DNA from: an uncultured Microthrixaceae bacterium
Lineage (GTDB): Bacteria > Actinomycetota > Acidimicrobiia > Acidimicrobiales > Acidimicrobilacustridaceae
Reading direction: 5' to 3'
DNA: 64,000 nt
Assembly: GCA_963797225.1 (NCBI GenBank)
Contig: CAWCOO010000003.1
Span: forward strand, 13,202-77,201
How positions within the stretch are numbered: position 1 is the stretch's first letter; each line of letters begins with the position of its first letter. This document shows positions 56,817-64,000 of the stretch, piece after piece. A program made the translations under genes and the position numbers. The notes beneath the pieces are model-generated. The model was not told the DNA's origin and searched no databases. It saw only the letters and a program-made list of their open reading frames with translations.

Positions 56817-57440
56817 TCAGGTGGCCGAGGGGACGAAGGACTGGATCCAGTCCCAGCAGGCCTGGATCTGCGGGGCCAGGTCGTCGAGGCTGCCGTCGTT
56901 CGAGATCACGAAGTCGGCCTTGGCCAGCCGCTCGTCCCGCGATGCCTGACGGGCCATGCGGGCCCGGGCGTCGGCCTCGGTGAACCCGCGGTGCTCGACC
57001 AGGCGGCCCACCGCGATGTCCGGGTCGGTGTCGACGACGATCGTGCCCACCATGTCGTCGCGGCCCGACTCGACCAGCAGGGGCACGTCGAGGATCAGCA
57101 CGCCGTCCCGGCCGGCCGCGTCGTCGAGCCGGCGGACCAGCTCGGCTCCCACGGCCGGGTGCACGATGGCGTTGAGGTCGGCCAGGGCCTCGGTGTCGCC
57201 GAACACGATGTCGGCCACGGCCTGGCGGTCGAGCTGCCCGTCGGCCGCGATGATCTCGGCGCCGAACCGCTCGACCATGGCGGCCAGCACCGGTTGGCCG
57301 GGCGCCTGCACCTCGCGCACGATGGCATCGGCGTCGACGACCTCGGCGCCGCGCGCCGCGAGCGCGGACGACACGGTCGACTTGCCCGACCCGATCCCAC
57401 CTGTCAGTCCGATGACCAGCACGGCGGCCGACGGTACCAT
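56817..57440 (-). CDS. coaE: dephospho-CoA kinase
   Basis: From MVPSAAVLVIGLTGGIGSGKSTVS (P-loop), ..VVDADAI.., ..LDVPLLVE... 207 aa. The longer ORF to 57533 has an implausible leader. Confidence 0.85.
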   Translation of the reverse strand: MVPSAAVLVIGLTGGIGSGKSTVSSALAARGAEVVDADAIVREVQAPGQPVLAAMVERFGAEIIAADGQLDRQAVADIVFGDTEALADLNAIVHPAVGAELVRRLDDAAGRDGVLILDVPLLVESGRDDMVGTIVVDTDPDIAVGRLVEHRGFTEADARARMARQASRDERLAKADFVISNDGSLDDLAPQIQACWDWIQSFVPSAT

Positions 57441-57499
57441 CGCTGCCGGCGAGCTCGGACCCTCAACTGCACCGCAACAACGACCGACAGGGGCAGGTA

Positions 57500-59317
57500 G
57501 TGGACGACACCGATCGTGCTCCTGCATCGACAATCGACATCGCCGACCGTGAGCCCGTCGAGTCGGGACGGCCGTGGCGCGAGCGCGTCCTGGCCATCGC
57601 AGCCACCACCGACGGCACCGCGGCCGCCGACAACCTGGGCCTGATCGACCCCGTCGACCGCGTCGCCGCCTTCGGGCCGGCCATCCTGGCCATCCGCTGG
57701 GGCACGACCATCGCGTCGCTGGCGCTGGCCGTCGAGCGCTACGACGACCGCCCGGCCGTGGCCATCTGGGCCGCGGTCATCCTCGTCTACACGATCCTGC
57801 GCACCATCCAGCCGATCCGCTACATGGGCACGCTGCGCAGCCTGGTCGAGGTGATCTTCGAGGTCGCGCTCGGCGTCGCCGCCGTCTGCACCACCGGCGC
57901 CTGGGACTCGCCGTTCATCTTCTCGCTGATGACGGCCGCCATCGTCGCCGGGTTCGCCCGTGGCTTCGGCTTCGCCCTGCGCATCGGCATCGTGTCGGCC
58001 GCCGCGGTCACCATCGTCGAGCTGGTCCCCGACCACGGCGACCCCCGCATCCAGTTCTCGGCCGAGTGGAGCCTGGTCGTCATCCTCGTCGCCGTCGTGG
58101 CCGGCTACGCCCGCCGCATCTCGGGCGAGGCCGACCGCCAGCACTCCCTGGCGCTCGACCGCCTCGGTCGGCTGGCCGACGCCAACGCCCTGCTGTTCTC
58201 GCTGCACCGGGTGACCCAGACCCTGCCGGCGTCGCTCGACCTCGACGACGTGCTCGACACCACGATCGGGCGACTGCGGGGCCTGTTCGACTTCGATTCC
58301 GCCGCCATCCTGGCCCTCGACGACACCGACGGCAGCTGGCAGGTGATCCGCCGGGAGAACGTCCGGCTCCCTCCGAAGATGGCCACCAAGGACCTGCCGC
58401 CGCCCATCCGCAGCGCCGTGACCGGCGAGACCGTGGTGAGCGCCCCCTCCCTCAACGAGCTGGGTGGTCCGGGACTCAGCCCCAAGGCCAGCTCCGGGCT
58501 CTACGCGGTGCTGGCCGCCCGGGGCGCCATCATCGGCGTGCTGGCGGTCGAGCACACCAGCGAGCGGCACTTCACCGGTCGCGACCTCGAGCTCCTCAAG
58601 GGGTTCGTCGAGCCCGTGGCCCTGGCCATCGACAACGCCCGCTGGTTCGGCCGCCTGCGCACCGTCGGCGCCGACGAGGAGCGCACCCGCATCGCCCGTG
58701 ACCTGCACGACCGCATCGGGCAGTCGCTCGCCTACCTGGCCTTCGAGCTCGACCGGATCGTGTCGCGGGACAAGCAGGGCGAGGAGCTCGGTCCCGCGCT
58801 CGAGCAGCTCCGCGACGACGTCCGATCGGTGATCCGCGAGGTCCGCGACACGCTCTACGACCTGCGCACGGACGTCTCCGACAGCCAGGACATGGCGGCC
58901 ACGCTCGAGGCCTACATCACCCGCGTGCAGGACCGCAGCAAGCTGTCCGTCGAGCTCTTCTGCGACCGCGAGCACCGGCTCCCGATCCTCCAGGAGCGCG
59001 AGATGTGGCGCATCGCCCAGGAGGCCCTCACCAACGTCGAGCGCCACGCGGCAGCCACCCGGGCCCGGGTCCTGTGGCGCTGCAACGGCACCTCGGCGGC
59101 CCTCGAGATCACCGACAACGGCCAGGGCTTCCCCATCGGCAAGGCCGGGCGGCTCGACTCCTACGGCATCCTGGGCATGCGGGAGCGGGCCTCGAGCATC
59201 GGCGCCACCCTGGAGCTGTCGAGCGAGGTCGGCCGCGGCACGCGGGTGCGCTGCAGCCTGATCCAGTCCAGCGATGGCGAGCGCCGCTCGTCGACATCGA
59301 TGGCATCGAGCGGATGA
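57500..59317 (+). CDS. membrane sensor histidine kinase with GAF domain (HisKA_3 / NarX-LiaS class)
   Basis: GTG start. About 5 N-terminal TM segments. GAF-like region (..LDLDDVLDTTIGRLRGLFDFDSAAILALDD..). H-box EERTRIARDLHDRIGQSL, N-box EALTNVERHA, G-boxes DNGQGF..GILGMRERA. Confidence 0.85.
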   Translation: MDDTDRAPASTIDIADREPVESGRPWRERVLAIAATTDGTAAADNLGLIDPVDRVAAFGPAILAIRWGTTIASLALAVERYDDRPAVAIWAAVILVYTILRTIQPIRYMGTLRSLVEVIFEVALGVAAVCTTGAWDSPFIFSLMTAAIVAGFARGFGFALRIGIVSAAAVTIVELVPDHGDPRIQFSAEWSLVVILVAVVAGYARRISGEADRQHSLALDRLGRLADANALLFSLHRVTQTLPASLDLDDVLDTTIGRLRGLFDFDSAAILALDDTDGSWQVIRRENVRLPPKMATKDLPPPIRSAVTGETVVSAPSLNELGGPGLSPKASSGLYAVLAARGAIIGVLAVEHTSERHFTGRDLELLKGFVEPVALAIDNARWFGRLRTVGADEERTRIARDLHDRIGQSLAYLAFELDRIVSRDKQGEELGPALEQLRDDVRSVIREVRDTLYDLRTDVSDSQDMAATLEAYITRVQDRSKLSVELFCDREHRLPILQEREMWRIAQEALTNVERHAAATRARVLWRCNGTSAALEITDNGQGFPIGKAGRLDSYGILGMRERASSIGATLELSSEVGRGTRVRCSLIQSSDGERRSSTSMASSG

Positions 59318-59437
59318 CGGCGAGAACCCTTTAGACCGGGGCCGTCCATGCCGATTGGGGGGCCGGAGGCCCGGTAGGCTCCAGCGCCAGACGGGTCGTC
59401 ACCGATCCGTGCCGTACGAATTGCGAGGGGACATCGC

Positions 59438-60082
59438 GTGAGCATCCGTCTGATGCTGGCTGACGATCATCGGATGCTGCGCGAAGGGCTCCGACGGTCG
59501 ATGATCGACCAGGGCTTCGACGTCGTGGGCGAGGCCTGCGACGGTGACGAGGCCATCCGCCTGGCCGACGAGCTGCGCCCCGAGGTCATCCTCATGGACG
59601 TCACCATGCCCGAGGTCGACGGGGTCGAGGCCACCCGCCAGATCCGCATCGAGCACCCCGAGATCCGCATCGTGATGCTGACGATGCACGCCGACCAGGA
59701 GGTCCTCACGTCGGCCATCCGGGCCGGGGCCAGCGGCTACCTGGTCAAGGACTGCTCGACCGAGGAGATCGCCTCGGCCGTGCGCATGGCCGTCAGCGGC
59801 GAGACGGCCCTGTCGCCCCAGCTGGCGGCCAGCATGCTCGACGAGGTCCGCCGCCTCGACCGCCCCAACGCCGACGAGGAGCGCATCGTCACCCGTCGCG
59901 AGGAGGAGGTCCTCCAGCTCATCGCGGACGGCTGCTCCACCCCCGAGGTGGCCGAGAAGCTCTACATCAGCCAGAAGACGGTCAAGAACCACCTGGCCTC
60001 GATCTACCAGAAGCTCGACGCCCGTGACCGCACGCAGGCCGTGCTCCAGGCCGTGCGCATGGGCATCGTCAGCCTCGACTGA
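59438..60082 (+). CDS. two-component response regulator, NarL/FixJ (LuxR HTH) family
   Basis: GTG follows GAGGGGA. Receiver domain (LADDH..ILMDVTMPEVDG..MLTMH..GYLVK), C-terminal HTH (LTRREEEVLQLIADGCSTPEVAEKLYISQKTVKNHLASIYQKL). Confidence 0.9.
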   Translation: MSIRLMLADDHRMLREGLRRSMIDQGFDVVGEACDGDEAIRLADELRPEVILMDVTMPEVDGVEATRQIRIEHPEIRIVMLTMHADQEVLTSAIRAGASGYLVKDCSTEEIASAVRMAVSGETALSPQLAASMLDEVRRLDRPNADEERIVTRREEEVLQLIADGCSTPEVAEKLYISQKTVKNHLASIYQKLDARDRTQAVLQAVRMGIVSLD

Positions 60083-60095
60083 CCCCCCGGTGGCG

Positions 60096-60220
60096 GCCCA
60101 GTGATCTGTGGTGTACCGCCACGGTGCGTCGCTGCACACTCGATCCCACCGCCCGTGGTCCGGCTCGCCCAGTGAGCTGGGATGCACCGCCACGGTGCAC
60201 GGCGGCACGCTCGACGCCGG
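60096..60220. repeat. tandem direct repeat, period 71 nt, two copies, each carrying a short stem-loop
   Basis: The copies begin GCCCAGTGA at 60096 and 60167. In my hand alignment 39 of the first 48 positions are identical. Copy 2 contains TGCACCG-cca-CGGTGCA; copy 1 has the same with one wobble. It lies in the convergent spacer between the response regulator and the next gene. Confidence 0.8.
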
Positions 60221-60242
60221 CGACGGGCCGACCGACGACTGA

Positions 60243-61805
60243 CTAGCTGGAGGGGGCCAGGCGGTAGACGGTGGTGAAGTCGTCGCCGGCGATCCGTTGC
60301 AGGGCGACGACCCCGTCGAGCTGCTCGGGGGTGTAGAAGACGGTCGAACCGGTGTCCATCCACACCAGGCACACCTCACCGGACGCCACCATGGGCGCCA
60401 GCTCCTCGAGGCGCATCGACAGGGGGATGGCCAGCTCGCGGTCGCTCTCGGGGCTCAGCTGCGCCTCGAAGCCGGCCAGCCAGAGCAGCCACGGGTCGTT
60501 CGTGAGCACCTCGCAGTCGCCGGGCACGTGTGGAGAGCACCGGGCTGGCCAGGAAGTCCTGCACCGCACCGCTCGTGTACTGGCGTCCCCGAGTCGTGGC
60601 TCTCCCGCAGGCCGTCGAGCCCCCGGAACATGCCCGGCAGCACGAGCAGCAGCGGCAGGGCGAGAGCCGCCACCCGGGCCGCCTCGGAGTCGACCACGGT
60701 GGCCACCCGATCCGCCAGGAGCAGGATCAGCAGCATCGACGGCACGAAGATCGGGCAGCATGAGCCGGGAGCTCAGCGGATCGAACCCCGACGTGGTGCG
60801 GGCGTAGACCATGTAGGCGAAGTAGCAGAGGACGAACGTCGCCAGCACCGGGGCCAGCCCGACCACCGCGGACCGGCCGGCGCATCGGTGACCTCGTCGG
60901 ACCCGGCGTCCGAGCCGGCCAGCGGTGCGGGCACGCGACCACGGGATCGGGGCGACGGCCGCCACCGTCGCCACCAGCACGAGCACGCCGAAGGCGATGG
61001 CCGGACCGCGGGCCGCGCCGCTGGGCAGCACCCACTGCCCGACCGCGGCGAGGCCGTCGGCGGCGTGGTGCCAGAACGGCTCGTGGGGCTGCCAGCGAGG
61101 CCCGAACACCTGGCCCGTGCGCCAGCGGTTCCAGAGCAGCAGGGCTCCGGCGGCCAGCCCGGCCGGCACGCCGAACCAGGCCGCGGCGACGATGCGGTCG
61201 CGCCAGGGTCGATCGCCGGGGCCACACCGCCAGCGCCGCCATCCCGGCGGGCACCACCGCCAGCCCGGCGTAGCGGGTGGAGAAGGCCGCCGCGGCCAGG
61301 GCGGCGGCTCCCAGCAGCCGGACGACCGGTCGCCGGCCGGGAACGCCGGACAGCACGAGGAGCGTCAGCAGGACGAACAGCACGAACGATCGGCTCGCTC
61401 CACACCTTCACCTCGACGACCACCAGCGGCTGCGCGAGGACGGCCATCGCCACGGCCAGCCCCCGCAGCCACCGGCTGCGCAGCAGGCGCCAGGCCAGGG
61501 TCGCCACCACGACGACGATGGCGCCGGCCACCGCCGCGTTCACCAGCCGGCCGGCGTCGATCGCCGACGAGCCGGTCACCGTGGCCACCGCCGCCAGCAG
61601 GAAGCGGGAACAGCGGAGGCCACGACGACGTGCGGGGCTCGAGCCAGTAGCCGACCTGCCCGTGGTCGCGGATGCGCTCGGCGATGGCGGTGTACGCGAT
61701 GGCGTCGGGCGAGAGGCCCGGACCCCAGACGGCGGTCGCCCACCACACCAGCGCGATCGCGAGCACCGCGCAGAGCCCGACGGCCACGCGCTCGGCCCGG
61801 GTCAT
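60243..61805 (-). pseudogene. GT-C-like (ArnT/PMT-like) polytopic membrane protein; at least 5 frame breaks
   Basis: ATG 61805: MTRAERVAVGLCAVLAIALVWW..GLSPDAIAYTAIAERIRDHGQVGYW..WPPLFPL / LAAVATVTGSSAIDAGRLVNAAV.. / LFVLLTLLVLSG..STRYAGLAVVPAG.. / PAGLAAGALLLWNRW.. / ..LTNDPWLLWLAG..VYRLAPSS. The fragments are spread over ORFs 61365..62561, 60773..61588, 60727..61383 and 60243..61169. Confidence 0.6.
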
Positions 61806-62030
61806 CGGCGGTCCACCCACGGTGGTGTCATCGGAGGCGCCGAGCCGGAGGTGCACTGCGGTATCACGTCGGCCGCGAGCGGCCGGAGTTGAGGCGTTCG
61901 GAGGCCATCCGAAATAGGTCCATAGACCCATTAAGGTTCCGGCGAACCGGCGCCGATACTCATTGGGACAGGAAGCCGCCTCGGGCTTACCGGGGTAACC
62001 GTTAGCACCAGATAAAGGGAGACCTACCCA

Positions 62031-62219
62031 ATGCTTACCTCGTATGAGTTCGCCAGCGCTTGGCTGCAGGCCCGTTGCAAGACCGACCGTGGTGCGTCGC
62101 TCGTGGAGTACGCCCTCCTCGTGGCCCTCATCGCCGTTGTCTGCATCGTCGCCGTGACCTTCCTCGGCAAGAGCGCCTCGAGCAAGTTCTCGTCGGTCGG
62201 CTCGGCTGTCGCCGGCTGA
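62031..62219 (+). CDS. flp: Flp/Fap family type IVb pilin (prepilin)
   Basis: 62 aa. ATG follows AAAGGGAG. Diagnostic motif G/ASLVEYALLVALIAVV (processing-site Gly, then the EY-containing hydrophobic helix). Confidence 0.85.
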   Translation: MLTSYEFASAWLQARCKTDRGASLVEYALLVALIAVVCIVAVTFLGKSASSKFSSVGSAVAG

Positions 62220-62244
62220 TCGTCCTCGGACGAAGAGCGGTGAG

Positions 62245-62280
62245 ACGGGGCGGGCCGAAGGGTCCGCCCCGTTTCCGTTC
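62245..62280 (+). terminator. strong GC hairpin with GAAG tetraloop followed by TTTCCGTTCT, between the two flp genes
   Basis: ACGGGGCGGGCC-GAAG-GGTCCGCCCCGT (12 bp including one G-T pair) at 62245-62272, followed by a T-rich tail. Confidence 0.6.
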
Positions 62281-62309
62281 TGGCTCCCGACGAGCGAAAG
62301 GAACTTGCT

Positions 62310-62492
62310 ATGGGTTCCAACGATTCGAGCGGCCGGGACCAACGACGATTCTCGGGAGACAGCGGAGCGAGCCTCGTGGAGTACGCCCTTCTTGTGGCGC
62401 TCATCGCGGTGGTGTGCCTGGCATCTCTCACGTACTTCCAGAGGGAGACGTCGGCGAGCCTTTCCAAGTCCTCGTCGGCCATCAAGGGCTGA
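62310..62492 (+). CDS. flp: Flp/Fap family type IVb pilin (prepilin), second copy
   Basis: 60 aa. ATG follows GAAAGGAA. The same G/ASLVEYALLVALIAVV core as copy 1; leader and C-terminal tail diverge. Confidence 0.85.
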   Translation: MGSNDSSGRDQRRFSGDSGASLVEYALLVALIAVVCLASLTYFQRETSASLSKSSSAIKG

Positions 62493-62540
62493 GAAGTCGG
62501 AGCGTCGTTGCTCCACCCGGACGCAACATTCGACGACACC

Positions 62541-62578
62541 GAACGAGGGGTCTGATCGCAAGATCGGGCCCCTCGTTC
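62541..62578 (+). terminator. 10-bp perfect stem (18-nt loop) downstream of flp copy 2
   Basis: GAACGAGGGG (62541-62550) and CCCCTCGTTC (62569-62578) are exact reverse complements. No clear U-tract. Confidence 0.4.
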
Positions 62579-62610
62579 GCGTGCCGATGCCACTCGTTCG
62601 CGTGTCGATG
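62572..62610 (+). repeat. 18-nt direct repeat x2 (period 21) overlapping the 3' arm of the hairpin
   Basis: CTCGTTCGCGTGCCGATG-cca-CTCGTTCGCGTGTCGATG; 17 of 18 positions identical. Confidence 0.85.
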
Positions 62611-62633
62611 AAGGTGAATGGATCGACGGTCCA

Positions 62634-64000
62634 TCAGCAGGTCGCCAGCGAACCGGTGCCGCCCAGGTCGGTCCCCCGCCGGCACCCCACGACCCATCCG
62701 GGATCGCTGTAGAGGATGCGCCAGTCCGACGACTCGGCCATGAGCTCGGAGAGCGCACCGGTGCGCTCCCAGAGCACCAGGTCGATGTCGTGGCGCTCGA
62801 GCACGTCACGCCAGCCGGGCGACCCGTGCAGCAGCACGAGGAAGTCCTGCACGACCGGCTTGGGGTACATGTCGACGCGGTCGTCGAGGAAGGCGTGGGC
62901 CTGCGTCGCCGTAGACGAGCTCGAGGTAGTTGCCGACCGTGTCCGGCCGTCGCCATGTGGAGGTCGTCGCGGTGCAGCCCGTTCTGGTCGAGCCACGACA
63001 CGGCGTCGACGGGGAACGAGTCGAGCTGCCACGCCGGCTTGGCCAGGCTGCTGGTCACCAGCAGCACGCCGACCAGGAGCACGGCCAGCGCGGCGACGGC
63101 GTTGATCGGGCTGCGGCGGTCGCCCCGGATCGAGCCCGAGGTCGACGAGGCCCCGGGCGGTGCCCGGCACCAGCACGATGCTCGCCACCGCCACGTTGCG
63201 CACCCCGAGCAGGGCGGCGGCGGTGAACACCACCAGCGGGATCGCGGCGCGGTAGGACGGTCGACGGACGAGCGCCAAGATGCCGATGACGACCTGCAGC
63301 GAGGAAGAGGCGGGTCCAGGCCGAGGAGAACGACGGTGACTGCCACTCGATGACCTCGCGGAGCACGTCCATGCGCCCGAGCAACCGCACCGGGAAGATC
63401 AGCAGCACGGGCCCGAGCGGGCTGAGCGCCCCGAGCACGGTGCCGGCCCCGCCCCACAGCAGGCAGCGCAGCTCGACCGTGCCGTCCTTGCCGTCGGCCC
63501 GCTTGCCGATCCAGAGGCAGCCCAGGGCCACGAGCCCCAACGGGAACGAGCCGTGCACGTTGACCCAGAGCCAGAAGACCGGGAGCATCCATCGGGGATC
63601 GAGTCCGCGCTCCGCCGCCAGGAGCGTCAGCGTCAGCAGCACGAGCCCGATGAGCAGCGGGCGGGGCGACCAGACCGACGACCCGATCCCCAGCACGCAG
63701 CCGGCGATCACGATGCGGCCGGCCAGCGAGCGGGCCGGTCGGGTGAGGCGCCAGACCATGGCGCCCAGCACACCGGTCAGCGTGGCCATGAGCAGGCGCA
63801 GGCCGACCACGCCGAACCAGGAGTCGATCCATCCGTAGAGGACCGACGCCAGCCAGCTCTGCACCACCCACGGCTCCCCCGCCGCGGTGAACGAGTAGAC
63901 GTCGTGGTGCGGGATGCCGTGATCGAGGATCAGCCGTCCGGTGGCCAGGTGGGTGAAGAAGCTGTTGTCGGACAGCTGGTCGATGCCGATCGACAGGCCC
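62634..64000 (-). pseudogene. polytopic membrane protein (GT-C-like, unassigned family); 5' end outside window; at least 3 frame breaks
   Basis: Open at the window edge: GLSIGIDQLSDNSFFTHLATGRLILDHGIPHHDVYSFTAAGEPWVVQSWLASVLYGW..WLWVNVHGSFPLG..IEWQSPSF / ..LVRRPSYRAAIPLVVFTAAALLGVRN.. / ..INAVAALAVLLVG..FPVDAVSWLDQNG.. / ..FLDDRVDMYPKPVVQDFLVLLHGSPGWRDVLERHDIDLVLW... Confidence 0.55.

Noticed and set aside
54201-59047. Long minus-strand ORFs 54201..55487, 55393..56748 and 57404..59047
   Set aside because: They are antisense to the well-supported ubiA-type, dprE1 and histidine-kinase genes. Their translations are Gly/Arg/Asp/Val-rich with no motifs.

Overview
Very GC-rich (about 70% by eye) chromosomal segment with Actinomycetota-type gene order. 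All calls come from reading the six-frame translations and the DNA by hand; family names are recalled from motifs, with no database search. I support about 48 protein genes and one tRNA-Leu(GAG). There are no rRNA genes, CRISPR arrays, transposases or integrases. Housekeeping backbone: uvrC-rapZ ... gap-pgk-tpiA ... secG on the minus strand, then nadA, uvrA, uvrB and coaE. Cell-envelope and accessory genes sit between these backbone genes: (i) a 5-gene peptide-type ABC importer inserted between tpiA and secG, plus an extra orphan binding protein; (ii) a gene of about 1,700 codons for a secreted Fn3/DUF4082 protein where yvcK-whiA normally sit; (iii) a polysaccharide locus (32992-43933) with a 7-gene translationally coupled CDP-hexose tailoring operon, Wzx flippase, GT2, GT4 and a priming phosphoglycosyltransferase; (iv) a dprE2-ubiA-dprE1 decaprenyl-phospho-arabinose cassette surrounded by at least five GT-C-type membrane glycosyltransferase paralogues; (v) a GAF histidine kinase/NarL regulator pair; (vi) two tandem Flp pilin genes on a lower-GC islet. 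Two convergent LAL-type (AAA+/LuxR) regulators lie next to the tRNA. The most striking sequence-level feature is the non-uniform distribution of 1-2 nt frame breaks. More than twenty fall in the 5-kb sugar operon and several more in 60.2-64.0 kb. Three stretches need none: 8.6-17.7 kb, uvrA (43.9-46.8 kb) and 50.1-60.1 kb. pgk, an essential gene, also carries one, so some breaks are probably assembly artefacts. Labelling convention: one frame break = CDS with a note; two or more = pseudogene 'as sequenced'. Start codons are best guesses. The ORF track translates GTG/TTG starts as M.
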